61,406 nucleotides of DNA from a bacterium (GTDB taxonomy: Bacteria; Patescibacteriota; CPR2; UBA1875; CAIMLA01): assembly GCA_037140175.1 (NCBI GenBank), contig JBAXEY010000001.1:1-61406 (forward strand). The letters are read 5' to 3'. A program made the position numbers and the translations under genes. How positions within the stretch are numbered: the stretch's first letter is position 1; each line of letters begins with the position of its first letter. Under the pieces are notes generated by a model that saw nothing but the letters and a program-made list of their open reading frames with translations, was not told the origin of the DNA and did no database searches. Shown piece by piece: positions 29,911-40,130 of the stretch.

Positions 29911-29945
29911 TTTTGTCCTTTCTTTGTAAGGGATATTCTCTACTT

Positions 29946-31229
29946 TTATCGAGCAATTTCTTTCTCGATCTCTATCAAACGATTATATTTGCTGGTTCGT
30001 TCCCCTCTGGCTGGAGCCCCTGATTTTATCTGGCCAGCGTTGACCGCCACTGACAAATCAGCAATAAAACTATCATCAGTCTCACCACTTCTATGGGATA
30101 TCATGATTTTATAATTATTCTTTAGGGCGAGTCGAATCGCCTCAAATGTCTCTGTGAGAGTCCCAATTTGATTCATTTTAATCAAAACTGAGTTGCCTGC
30201 ATTTAACTCAATTCCCTTTTTGATCCGTTCAACATTTGTTACAAAAAGATCATCACCAATCAATTGGACTTCTTTGCCAATCCTTTCAGTCATCATCTGC
30301 CAACCGTCCCAATCTTCTTCGGCTAGGCCGTCCTCGATCGAAATCACTTGATAGTTTGCTACCAAATCTTTATAGAGACTGACCATTTGCATCGCCGAAA
30401 GGCCAATGTTTTCAGATGCCAAAATATATTTTTCATCTGTGTTTGGATCATATATTTCAGACGCCGCCACATCTAGAGCCATGCAAACATCTTTGCCCAA
30501 TTTATATCCTGCTTTTTCAATCGCTTCCGCGACCAAATCAAGCGCCTTTGTGTTCGATTCAAGGTCTGGGGCAAAACCACCTTCGTCGCCCAAACCAGTC
30601 GAAAGGTTGCGGCCTTTAACAATTTCTTTCAAGCAATGATAAACCTCGCTTCCAATACGAACATTTTCGGAGGCTTTGTCATCCTGAGGTACAATCATCG
30701 TCTCTTGGATATCTAGCTGATTCTCTGCATGTTTCCCACCGTTTAGGATATTAAAAAACATCTTTGGTAGTTTATAGCTATATTTATCCATACGGACACT
30801 AGGTTCCCAAACACCATTTTGCTCATAAATATTTTTTAGATATCGATAGAGTGGGAGGTTTAATGATTTTGCCGCCGCTCTAGCAACTGCTCCAGAGACC
30901 CCCAGGATAGCATTCGCTCCAAGTTTTGATTTGTTGGCTGTCCCATCTAGGCTTATCATTTTTCCATCAATTGCTTTTTGGTTAGTGATCTCCATCCCAA
31001 TCAAGGCCGGCTTGATCAAAGTATCGATATTTTGGATTGCTTTCTCCACCCCCAGACCAGAAAACCCTTTTTTGTGATCTCGAAGTTCAAGCGCCTCGAA
31101 AGTTCCAGTTGAGGCGCCACTCGGTACACTAAAATCTCCGGCTACTGTCCCTACTTGAACAGAGGCTTTAATAGTTGGATTCCCCCGAGAATCTAGTATT
31201 TGGATTGCTGTGATATCTGTTATTTTCAT
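29946..31229 (-). CDS. eno: enolase
   Basis: Start refined to MKITDITAIQILDSRGNPT (31229). SHRSGETDDSFIADL. The upstream stop is 1 nt away. Confidence 0.9.
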   Translation of the reverse strand: MKITDITAIQILDSRGNPTIKASVQVGTVAGDFSVPSGASTGTFEALELRDHKKGFSGLGVEKAIQNIDTLIKPALIGMEITNQKAIDGKMISLDGTANKSKLGANAILGVSGAVARAAAKSLNLPLYRYLKNIYEQNGVWEPSVRMDKYSYKLPKMFFNILNGGKHAENQLDIQETMIVPQDDKASENVRIGSEVYHCLKEIVKGRNLSTGLGDEGGFAPDLESNTKALDLVAEAIEKAGYKLGKDVCMALDVAASEIYDPNTDEKYILASENIGLSAMQMVSLYKDLVANYQVISIEDGLAEEDWDGWQMMTERIGKEVQLIGDDLFVTNVERIKKGIELNAGNSVLIKMNQIGTLTETFEAIRLALKNNYKIMISHRSGETDDSFIADLSVAVNAGQIKSGAPARGERTSKYNRLIEIEKEIAR

Positions 31230-31230
31230 T

Positions 31231-32004
31231 TTAGGCGTTATAAAAATAGCCAACCAAAAGCCCAATTATTAAAAAGAGGATCCCACCACCACAGATTGCA
31301 GAGATTATGATCATTTTCTTCTTTTTCCCCAAGCCTTCTTCTTCCTGGGGTGAGCTACTAACAGCTTGGTTGGTAAGAATTGAGGCATTAGGAGGCTGAA
31401 CAAGATTTGTGTTCATTGTTTGAGTTGTTGGGGTAGGCGTAGCCACGCTTATATTTGGGGGTGTTTCTTGATTTGGTGGCGCAGGAGACACAGGCGTGAC
31501 CATAGCTGGTTCAGCTATATTATTAACTAAAGTTTCGCTTACTGGGCTTGGAACTGTAGCTGAAGGTTCAGCTGCACTTATTGCTTCACTTTCTACTGGA
31601 TTAATAATTGGAGCCACACCTTCCTCTGGAGTCTTTTCTACTGGCACATTCAGGATCTCTTTTGACTCCATTTCTGGCTGGACCATTTTAGACACAGGAT
31701 TGGGCTGTGCTGGTTGTGAAACCTCAGCTTCGACAATTGGCTGAGATATATCAACCGTCTCTGGGATGGAAGAGTTAGACTCAATCTCAGGTTCAGCGAG
31801 GTTTGGGGCGCTTGGAGTCGGCGTAATGTTTTCTTCTGCGCCAGGGGAGGCAACTTCAGTTACTTCAGTTGACTCGACAACCACCGGTTCTACAGTTGGT
31901 TGGCCAGAAACTGCCTGGTCTTCGGGAACCTCTATTCCACATTTAGAACATAGGTATTTCCCGTTTACGTTTAGTAACTCTTCGCCACATTTTGGACAAT
32001 TCAT
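31231..32004 (-). CDS. N-terminal zinc-ribbon, Pro/Glu/Ser-rich, C-terminally TM-anchored protein
   Basis: 257 aa. MNCPKCG...CSKCG, a long low-complexity region, and a C-terminal TM helix. Confidence 0.5.
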   Translation of the reverse strand: MNCPKCGEELLNVNGKYLCSKCGIEVPEDQAVSGQPTVEPVVVESTEVTEVASPGAEENITPTPSAPNLAEPEIESNSSIPETVDISQPIVEAEVSQPAQPNPVSKMVQPEMESKEILNVPVEKTPEEGVAPIINPVESEAISAAEPSATVPSPVSETLVNNIAEPAMVTPVSPAPPNQETPPNISVATPTPTTQTMNTNLVQPPNASILTNQAVSSSPQEEEGLGKKKKMIIISAICGGGILFLIIGLLVGYFYNA

Positions 32005-32042
32005 CGTTTCTCCATTCTACAGATAAATTATAACTCTTTTAA

Positions 32043-33098
32043 TTATTTATTTAACGCTTTTTTCATTAATTGCTGTAAATCAAATGCCCCACCACTACAT
32101 TTCGCCTCGGGCTGAGAATTAGTTTTCCCTAGAGTTGTATAAAATTGTCCGTTAGTAAAACCGAATACTTCCTGGAAAACTTCATCTTTTGTATTTTCAA
32201 AATTACAGCTCATTCCTTTACCATTAAAGTCAAATTCTTTAACGTCTGGCAAAGGTGCGGGCGTTTTGAGATATGCGATTTTCACAGTACAGAGATTATT
32301 GTCTGGTCCAACGACTTGATACTCTATTAGGGTCTCTGGAGCTGGCTTTGAGGCCGTTGAATCCGCAGTCGCTCCGTAGCTTGCAAAGTTTACTTTTGCT
32401 GGCTTACATTGAAGAAAACTCTCTTTTATACAAGTTTGATTTTTGCCAGTAGGGTCAGAGATTTGTTTGCTGGGCCCAATCTCGTCACAGTTCGTGATTT
32501 CAACCTCAGTAAATTGACCAGTTGGTTTATCACCAATCATAGTCACTTTGGTTAATTTACTATAATAAATCAACCCTACCACAATCGTAATGATGATCAG
32601 AATCACTATTATGGCTACTATTGCTATCAGTTTGAAATTAATTTTTACTTTTGCGTCGTCGTCGATGGTCCGATCATTCTTTTGACCTAAATATGGAGCA
32701 GCTTGAGCCGTAGCGCCAATTTTTACTTCCTTCTCTTTCACGTCAAGCCCAGTCATCTGCGCGCCGGGAATTGGCTTTTTATCCTTTTGCTCAGCTGAGA
32801 CCAAGAATGGATTTTCTGAGACCGGAGTGGCTTCATTCGGCTTAATCGGCAGTGGTTCAGCGGTAGGTTTTTCGCTTGAAGAAGCGTTTGGAAGCGACGC
32901 TTCTGGCATTGGAGTGGCTGGAATGGTTTCTGGTGTTTGAGGATTTATCGATTGCTCTGGTGAAGCTGAAGGAGGCAAACCAACGGCTGGCTCTACGGGA
33001 ATCTGACCGGGAAAAGTTTCTCGGCCATAACCACAGCTTTGACATATTTGTTTGCCATTTTCATCGACTAATTCTTTGCCACAATTAGGACAATTCAT
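32043..33098 (-). CDS. N-terminal zinc-ribbon, single-pass membrane protein with Cys-containing extracytoplasmic domain
   Basis: 351 aa. MNCPNCG...CQSCG (paralogous to the neighbour), a Pro-rich linker, a TM helix, and a roughly 170-aa C-terminal domain. Confidence 0.5.
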   Translation of the reverse strand: MNCPNCGKELVDENGKQICQSCGYGRETFPGQIPVEPAVGLPPSASPEQSINPQTPETIPATPMPEASLPNASSSEKPTAEPLPIKPNEATPVSENPFLVSAEQKDKKPIPGAQMTGLDVKEKEVKIGATAQAAPYLGQKNDRTIDDDAKVKINFKLIAIVAIIVILIIITIVVGLIYYSKLTKVTMIGDKPTGQFTEVEITNCDEIGPSKQISDPTGKNQTCIKESFLQCKPAKVNFASYGATADSTASKPAPETLIEYQVVGPDNNLCTVKIAYLKTPAPLPDVKEFDFNGKGMSCNFENTKDEVFQEVFGFTNGQFYTTLGKTNSQPEAKCSGGAFDLQQLMKKALNK

Positions 33099-33106
33099 TT
33101 CTATCT

Positions 33107-35488
33107 CTAGTTTTCATTATTCACCTTATCTTCAAGATTATGTAGCTCTTCCTTCATTTTTGTAAGTTCAGAAAGCATTATTCTCTCCTCAGCCGCCGCT
33201 ACAAGCCTCCTCGTTGAATCGACAACATCCGGATTGACTGATATCGATGTGGCACCATATTCAACCATTTTTTGAGCTACCTCTGGGTAAACACTAGGAG
33301 CTTGGCCACATATGGAACAAGTGACTCCATATTTCCTACAAACCTCACAAGTCCTTTGGATCATCCACTGTACTGCATTATAACGCTCGTCAAATTCTTC
33401 GGCTACCGAGCTAGAATCACGATCGAGCCCTAATGTTAACTGACATAAATCATTTGAGCCGATCGAAACTCCATCGATACCCATCTCGCAAAATTTCTCA
33501 ATCTCAATTACTGCTGATGGGACTTCAACCATAATCCAAAGTTTGAAATCCGGATCTTCTTGTTTGTTTAAACCAGCGTCTTCTACGATTTTTTTAACCT
33601 TGGCAAATTCATCTGTTCGACGAACAAAAGGAATCATCAGCTGTAGATTATTGTAGTTGGCGCGAACTCTTTTGATTGCTTCTAGCTCTAGCCCAAATTC
33701 CTCTGGATCTTTTAGGTAACGAAAACAGCCGCGGTAGCCAATCATCGGATTGTCTTCCTCTGGCTCAAATTCTTCCCCACCTTTTAAGCCCCGGTATTCA
33801 TTAGTCTTAAAATCAGTCGCTCGATATATTACTGGACGAGGATGAAATGCTCGGGCAAAAGTCTCCAGCCCCTCAGCTAATTTGGTAATATACTCTTCCT
33901 GGCGTTTCTCTTTGATCATTTTCTTGGGGTGTTCACCAATCGTTTCCATAATTATAAACTCTGCTCTCAAAAGCCCGAGCCCATCAACATTCATTGCCGC
34001 AACCTTCTCTGCCAGCTCAGGCTCGCCCAAATTTACATAAATTTTGGTTGCAGTAACGGGTGCTGATTCAGAGACGGCTGAACCTGCCTGCTGATTTGCG
34101 TCCACCTTTGGTGCTTCTATTTTTCCTTCATAGACAAACCCGCCTTTACCATCAACCGTGATTATTTGTCCAACTTTTAGCGCTGTTGTGGCTGTTTCTG
34201 TCCCAACTACGCAAGGTATCCCCAGCTGACGAGAAACAATCGCGGCGTGACAAGTTCTGCCCCCCGCATCTGTTACAATGGCCGCCGCTCTTTTCATGGC
34301 AGGTACGTAATCGGGGGTTGTCATCTCGGTGACCAAAACATCGCCATCTAATATCTGATCAATCTCGTTTGGGCTATGGATAATTTTGACTGGCCCAAAA
34401 GCCATTCCAGTACTCGCCGCCTGACCTTTTAGAATCATTTTTCTTTCTGTGTTCACTGCCTGATCGGAACCATCCTCTTTTTTGGTTGATTCGTCGAGAG
34501 TTGTGACTGGGCGGCTTTGAACCATAAATATCTTTCCTTGGTCTATTGTCCACTCTGTATCTTGTGGCGAACCATAATGATTTTCAATATTTAGAGCTAT
34601 TTTGGCGAGGGCAACAATCTGCTCATCAGTAATTTTTTGTTTTTCCTGTAATTCTGGTTCGACTGGAATACTCGCTTTTTTTAAATCCGACAAATCGTCA
34701 GTATCACTCGAGCCAGAGTCTCTGGTTAATTTCCAGGTTTGTTTAAAAATTTCTTTCTCTGTAATCTCTAAAGTCTTTTTATCTACCAAATAACGATCTG
34801 GAGTGACAGCGCCCAAAACTACAACCTCACCCAATCCATACGCCGCTTCGATCGAAATATGATCAAGGTCGTTATTGCTCGGATCCATCGTGAACATAAC
34901 TCCTGCTGCCTGAGAGTCAACCATTTTTTGGACAGGGACTGCAATGCCCACCTCTAGCTGACCGAAACCTTGTTCAGCACGGTAATAGATAGCTCTTGCT
35001 TCGAATAACGAGGCCCAACATTTTCGAACTGAGTTAATGATTGCTTCCTTGCCAATAACATTCAAATATGTCGCTTGTTGTCCTGCAAAAGAGGCCCCAG
35101 CCAAATCCTCTGCAGTTGCGCTTGACCGAACGGCGACATACAGATCTTCAACTTTAGTATCACTGTCCTTTGCAAGCTTCTCATAGGATTCTATAATTGC
35201 TTTTTGTAGCTCATCGGGTAGAGGGGTTTCAACAAAAGTCTGCTGTATCTTCTGCGCCCTAGCTTGTAGATCTTTTGAGTCCTCTTTATCAAAGCCTTCG
35301 AGCATTGAACTAATTTTTTGTTCAAGACCTGTTTCCTTGATATGATTAAAATATGCCTCGCTGGTAACGATATATCCTGGAGGCACCGGAAGTCCTGCTT
35401 GCGTCAACTCGCCTAGATTTGCACCTTTTCCACCAACTAAAGCTCCGTCTCCCTTGCCTACCTCATTAAACCAAACTATATTTTTCAT
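33107..35488 (-). CDS. ppsA: phosphoenolpyruvate synthase (pyruvate, water dikinase)
   Basis: 793 aa. GGKGANLGEL, phosphohistidine motif GGRTCHAAIVSRQLGIPCVVG, and C-terminal PEP-utilizer TIM domain (GSNDLCQ). Confidence 0.85.
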   Translation of the reverse strand: MKNIVWFNEVGKGDGALVGGKGANLGELTQAGLPVPPGYIVTSEAYFNHIKETGLEQKISSMLEGFDKEDSKDLQARAQKIQQTFVETPLPDELQKAIIESYEKLAKDSDTKVEDLYVAVRSSATAEDLAGASFAGQQATYLNVIGKEAIINSVRKCWASLFEARAIYYRAEQGFGQLEVGIAVPVQKMVDSQAAGVMFTMDPSNNDLDHISIEAAYGLGEVVVLGAVTPDRYLVDKKTLEITEKEIFKQTWKLTRDSGSSDTDDLSDLKKASIPVEPELQEKQKITDEQIVALAKIALNIENHYGSPQDTEWTIDQGKIFMVQSRPVTTLDESTKKEDGSDQAVNTERKMILKGQAASTGMAFGPVKIIHSPNEIDQILDGDVLVTEMTTPDYVPAMKRAAAIVTDAGGRTCHAAIVSRQLGIPCVVGTETATTALKVGQIITVDGKGGFVYEGKIEAPKVDANQQAGSAVSESAPVTATKIYVNLGEPELAEKVAAMNVDGLGLLRAEFIIMETIGEHPKKMIKEKRQEEYITKLAEGLETFARAFHPRPVIYRATDFKTNEYRGLKGGEEFEPEEDNPMIGYRGCFRYLKDPEEFGLELEAIKRVRANYNNLQLMIPFVRRTDEFAKVKKIVEDAGLNKQEDPDFKLWIMVEVPSAVIEIEKFCEMGIDGVSIGSNDLCQLTLGLDRDSSSVAEEFDERYNAVQWMIQRTCEVCRKYGVTCSICGQAPSVYPEVAQKMVEYGATSISVNPDVVDSTRRLVAAAEERIMLSELTKMKEELHNLEDKVNNEN

Positions 35489-35508
35489 TTTCTTCCCTCC
35501 TTTTACTT

Positions 35509-38010
35509 TTACTGCATGTCACTTAAACTTATCACAAATGGCGTACCTTTGACAATTTCGTTTGATAGGATTTTTTTCGCCAAATAGTTCTCTATCTTAT
35601 CCTGCATTATTCTTCTCATCTGGCGAGCTCCAAATTCTGGCTGATATCCAACCTCTATCAAATATGTAAGTGCTTCAGGCTGGATATTGATTACATACCC
35701 TTGTTTTTTCATATCTGCAGTGACTGATTTGAACATCAGATTAGCAATCTGGAGTAATTGATCTTTGGTCAGCGGCCTAAAGACAATTACCCCGTCAAAT
35801 CTATTGATAAATTCTGGCCTATAGATATTTTCGGTCTGTAAATACTCAAGTAAATTCCCCTTCAAAGTCTCTGCGTCAACCTCGTTTGCGACAGCTTCTC
35901 GGATTAGATTTGCCCCCGCATTCGAAGTCGCGATAACAATAGAATTTGTTAAGATAACCTTTTCTCCCATACCATCAGTGATATAGCCCTCATCAAGCAT
36001 TTGCAAAAATAAATCTAGGATGTTTTTATGGGCTTTCTCTAGCTCATCCAACAAAACTACGGAGAAAGGACGTTGACGAATATTTTTTACAAACTCTCCA
36101 CCTTCAAGTTGTTCAGACCCCGGAATCTTACGACCAATAAAACGATCTATACTGCTTTGATCTTGATACTCGTTCATGTCCATACGAACCATATTCTCTT
36201 CATCTCCAAAATATACCGCGGCTAAAGCCTTCGCCAGTTCTGTTTTACCAACTCCCGTAGGACCCAAGAAGAGAAAGCTTCCAACGGGTCGTTTGGTATT
36301 TGACATTCTCGTTCTGGCTCTTCTCAACGCATCTGCAACTGCCTGTACGGCTTCTTCTTGTCCTATAACTCGCTCGTGTAAATTTTGTTCCATGTTGAGC
36401 AGTTTTTCTTTTTCTTGACCACCAGCTTCTGCAACGGGAACGTTCAAAAGAGTCTCAGCCACTTTGTCCATTGCCCCCTTATCCAAGATACTCATTCCTT
36501 GGTTCCCTCCGACTGAACAAGCATTTGTCAACATGTCCACCGCTTTTGCTGGAAACTCTTTATTCGTAATAAATCTTTCCGCCAATGAATATATTTCCTT
36601 TAGAGAAGAGTATGTAATACGAATATTATATTTATTCGAAAAATGTAGGCTAAGATCTTCTAATATTCGGAGAGTTTGACTCTCATTCATGGGTGGTATA
36701 TCAATTTTTTCGAAATTTGAAGAAACTTGCGATTTGGCTTCTATATAGGTTTGATAATAATTGTTCGTCGTTGTGCCAATCACTCTGATAGATGATTGCT
36801 GTAAATAAGGTGCTAGTATCTCAGTTGCATCGATTGTGCCAACTTTATCCTGCCCTTCAGTAAACAATTTATGGATGTCGTCAATAAATAGAATGACGTT
36901 GCCGGCATGAATTGCATCACCCAAGACTCCCAGAAGTCTTTCGTTCGCCTCCCCCCTGTCCTGAATTCCAGATAAAAGGGTTGAAACGTCTAGATAGACT
37001 ACTCTCTTGTAGGCTAGTTGTTTGACAGTATTCCCCCAATAAACTCTTTCGGCAAAACCATAGACAATCGAAGTTTTTCCGACGCCAACGTCTCCTGTTA
37101 GGATACAGTTGTTTTTGCCTTCTTTTGTTAAAACTGCTTCTATTTGAGCAATGACGTTTTCGCGTCCTTCAATTGAAAAACTGCCAAAAAGATTAGGATT
37201 TGTAACATCTTGTCCAAACTGATTTAGATAATTTGTATAGCCCGAAGTCCAGTCTTGAGCAATACCAGATTTTGAGGCCTTAAGCTTTTCAATTTTTGTT
37301 TTCGGATATTGGTATTTGTCGAAGAGGTTTCTGGCCCAGAAAATAACATTTCGCACATCTTCGTCACCAATCTCTAGAGTAGTTAAGGTCTGTTCATAGC
37401 TCAAGCAAGTCTTCATTAAGCCGTACAAAATTTCACCCGATGCTAGCCGGCTTACCTTGGATTCAAGTGCATATTCAACAGAATTAGCAAAAATCTGTTT
37501 TAGCACCTTATCTGTGCCAACGTCTTTTGGTAAAGTGCTTATTAATCCACTGATATCTTCTTCCGAAAGATTTAATTCTGAAAGAACAAAATTCGTTCTT
37601 CTAGTTTTAAATAAATTATCAACAAAAATCGACAAATCAGGGCTTTCAGGATTAATCTTTGATAAAATTAGCGCTAGTTCTAAATCTACCATTGAATAAA
37701 TATCAATAGTTGGCTTGGTAGGGTCTATAAAAGTTAAATCTTCGACTTCTCTAAAATAATTTTTTATGAATATATAGAAGGCGCCTGATATCATTCCAAC
37801 TGAGACGAATAAGGCAGCAGGAAGACGAAGAAGTGTTGGAACGTTCTCTACCTGATAACTTAATATCAATATTAAAACAGCCAATACACCGACAATTGCC
37901 AATATTTGCAAAATCGTTGGCAAGAGGCCTTGTCCAAAACTTGAGCGCATTTTAGCAGCGCTTATCTTGGTTTTGTCTTTATTAAGGTTTATTTTTTCTA
38001 GATCAATCAT
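35509..38010 (-). CDS. membrane-anchored double-AAA+ Clp/Hsp100-family ATPase
   Basis: 833 aa. Two N-terminal TM helices. D1 Walker A GDVGVGKTS at about residue 305. D2 Walker A GPTGVGKTE at about residue 583. D2 Walker B LLDELEKAH. Confidence 0.8.
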   Translation of the reverse strand: MIDLEKINLNKDKTKISAAKMRSSFGQGLLPTILQILAIVGVLAVLILILSYQVENVPTLLRLPAALFVSVGMISGAFYIFIKNYFREVEDLTFIDPTKPTIDIYSMVDLELALILSKINPESPDLSIFVDNLFKTRRTNFVLSELNLSEEDISGLISTLPKDVGTDKVLKQIFANSVEYALESKVSRLASGEILYGLMKTCLSYEQTLTTLEIGDEDVRNVIFWARNLFDKYQYPKTKIEKLKASKSGIAQDWTSGYTNYLNQFGQDVTNPNLFGSFSIEGRENVIAQIEAVLTKEGKNNCILTGDVGVGKTSIVYGFAERVYWGNTVKQLAYKRVVYLDVSTLLSGIQDRGEANERLLGVLGDAIHAGNVILFIDDIHKLFTEGQDKVGTIDATEILAPYLQQSSIRVIGTTTNNYYQTYIEAKSQVSSNFEKIDIPPMNESQTLRILEDLSLHFSNKYNIRITYSSLKEIYSLAERFITNKEFPAKAVDMLTNACSVGGNQGMSILDKGAMDKVAETLLNVPVAEAGGQEKEKLLNMEQNLHERVIGQEEAVQAVADALRRARTRMSNTKRPVGSFLFLGPTGVGKTELAKALAAVYFGDEENMVRMDMNEYQDQSSIDRFIGRKIPGSEQLEGGEFVKNIRQRPFSVVLLDELEKAHKNILDLFLQMLDEGYITDGMGEKVILTNSIVIATSNAGANLIREAVANEVDAETLKGNLLEYLQTENIYRPEFINRFDGVIVFRPLTKDQLLQIANLMFKSVTADMKKQGYVINIQPEALTYLIEVGYQPEFGARQMRRIMQDKIENYLAKKILSNEIVKGTPFVISLSDMQ

Positions 38011-38011
38011 A

Positions 38012-38386
38012 TCAAAACAACATCACTAAAATTATGGGGAAGAATATCGCAAAAGGTAGGGTCATCCACAAGAAAATTGCTAATCCGGCAAATACCATTA
38101 ATGCAATAAATATCACGAAAAAAGCGGCGATTAGTCCCGACCTCATGACTACAGCTACTACCCTTGAGACAAAATTGTCTAGAAGCCAATCCCTTAGGCC
38201 ATCAATGCCCGGCCGCCTCTCTTTGACTAGCCTTTTCCATGGTGAAAAAAAGGTTCTCAGAATATCTACAAGTGAAAAAGACCTAGCAAAGTAGCTAATC
38301 AAAGCCTCAAGATAGGCAAATAATTTTCTTAGCCCTCCCTTATACCACCAGCCAAAAAAAGTTGGTAAAAAATTTAGTGTACCCAT
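38012..38386 (-). CDS. small membrane protein
   Basis: 124 aa with 2 C-terminal TM helices. Ends 1 nt before the Clp ATPase start. Confidence 0.4.
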   Translation of the reverse strand: MGTLNFLPTFFGWWYKGGLRKLFAYLEALISYFARSFSLVDILRTFFSPWKRLVKERRPGIDGLRDWLLDNFVSRVVAVVMRSGLIAAFFVIFIALMVFAGLAIFLWMTLPFAIFFPIILVMLF

Positions 38387-38431
38387 AAACTCATTATAGA
38401 TTGATAACTCTCCAGAGTAAACCTAGTTAAC

Positions 38432-39286
38432 CTAGGCCTTTCCTTCTGATCCAAAAAGTTTTATTTTTTGTTCAACTACGTCCTCAATTGCCTCTATTTC
38501 TTCAGGTAAAAATTCGTATGGAACAATCTCATCTGGATTTTCGTCTAATTCTGCTCGCAGAGTATTTGTATAGGCCATTCGTAGCTCTGTATTTACGTTT
38601 ACTTTTGTAATCCCTAGGCTAATGGCTCGCCTGACTTGCTCCTCTGGTATACCAGATCCACCATGCAAAGACATCGGCAGCCCAATCTCTTTTAATTTTG
38701 ACAGTCGCGTAAAATCAAGATTTGGCTCTGAAGAATAAACTCCGTGGATATTGCCAAGAGAGACGGCTAAGATATCAATCTTTGTTTCAGCAGTAAATCT
38801 TTTTGCCTCATCAGGGTCAGTCAGAGCTCCCTCCTCGATGGTGATCGCCTCCGCGTGTTGTTCACTTGAGCCGGGTATTTGTCCCAATTCCCCTTCGACG
38901 GTGATCTGTTTTGATCTGGCAAAATCTACAACTTCATTTGTCAGGCTGACGTTTTCGGCAAATGATAACTTCGAACCATCTAGATGAACTGATGTATATC
39001 CAGCTTGGATCGCTTCTTTGACCATTTCTAAGCTTTTGCCATGATCCAAATGTAACCCAATCGGAATACTAAGTTTCTCGCCAAGCTCACGGACAATATC
39101 AAAAACCAGGGCTGGCTCCAGAAAATTCATCTCTTTCTCGCTAGTCTCAATCACCACAGGAGATTTCAAACGAACTGCCGCCTTAATAATCGCCTTGATT
39201 GCCTCCAGAGTCGAAACATTAAACGCTCCGACCGCATAGCCTTCTTTCTGAGCCTTAAGATATAGATCTTTTGTATTTACTAGCAT
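38432..39286 (-). CDS. fba: class II fructose-/tagatose-bisphosphate aldolase
   Basis: 284 aa. LHLDHG, VHLDGS and SLHGGSG motifs. Confidence 0.85.
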   Translation of the reverse strand: MLVNTKDLYLKAQKEGYAVGAFNVSTLEAIKAIIKAAVRLKSPVVIETSEKEMNFLEPALVFDIVRELGEKLSIPIGLHLDHGKSLEMVKEAIQAGYTSVHLDGSKLSFAENVSLTNEVVDFARSKQITVEGELGQIPGSSEQHAEAITIEEGALTDPDEAKRFTAETKIDILAVSLGNIHGVYSSEPNLDFTRLSKLKEIGLPMSLHGGSGIPEEQVRRAISLGITKVNVNTELRMAYTNTLRAELDENPDEIVPYEFLPEEIEAIEDVVEQKIKLFGSEGKA

Positions 39287-39294
39287 TCTTTTTT

Positions 39295-40056
39295 TTACTT
39301 TTTTGTATCGTATGCTTTTACAATTTCAGCAAATTTTTTGTGATCAAGGCTTGCCCCACCAACCAAGACACCGTCAATTTTTTTGGATTTAGCAAAATCT
39401 TCAACGTTTTTTTCATCAACGCTGCCACCGTATAATAACCGCATCCCCTTGGCCGCTCGTTCTCCATAAAGCGCCTTAGTGACGTTCCTAATATTTTCAA
39501 CAATTTTCTCTGCATCTATAACCTTACATATATGGCCCGTTCCGATTGCCCAAACTGGCTCATAGGCGATGACGATGTTCTCAATTTCAGAAGCGGTCAG
39601 ATGGCTTAAAGCCGTCTCGACTTGATTTACAACCACGATCTTTGACAGACCATCTTCTTTTTCGTGTAATGTTTCACCCACACATATTATTGGAGTCAGA
39701 TCATGGGCAACGGCCACTTCTGCCTTTTGTGAGATAACTTTATCTCCTTCGTTAAAAAGAAGTCTTCGTTCTGAATGGCCTACAATTACATAATCTACAA
39801 AATGCGCCAACGAGACCGCTGAGACTTCGCCCGTGTATGCGCCCTCCTCTTTTTGGAAAACATTTTGGGCACCAAGAATAATATTTGTGTTTTTTAGCTC
39901 AGCAGAGGCAGGATACAAATCAATAAAACCGGGACAGATAACAATCTCAACATTTTTTACTTTATTTAGTTCTTTTTTCAGTTTTTCAATCGCGATTGTG
40001 CTTTCTGGCACCGTAAAATGAACCTTCCAATTTCCAACCACCAATTTTTTATTCAT
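39295..40056 (-). CDS. tpiA: triosephosphate isomerase
   Basis: 253 aa. GNWKV, VGHSERR, AYEPVWAIGTG. Confidence 0.9.
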   Translation of the reverse strand: MNKKLVVGNWKVHFTVPESTIAIEKLKKELNKVKNVEIVICPGFIDLYPASAELKNTNIILGAQNVFQKEEGAYTGEVSAVSLAHFVDYVIVGHSERRLLFNEGDKVISQKAEVAVAHDLTPIICVGETLHEKEDGLSKIVVVNQVETALSHLTASEIENIVIAYEPVWAIGTGHICKVIDAEKIVENIRNVTKALYGERAAKGMRLLYGGSVDEKNVEDFAKSKKIDGVLVGGASLDHKKFAEIVKAYDTKK

Positions 40057-40130
40057 ACTTTAACTCCCCCCCCACTTAATCAGAGCTTTGAAACTACAGT
40101 TATTATACTCCAGGATTCTTAAAAATAAAA

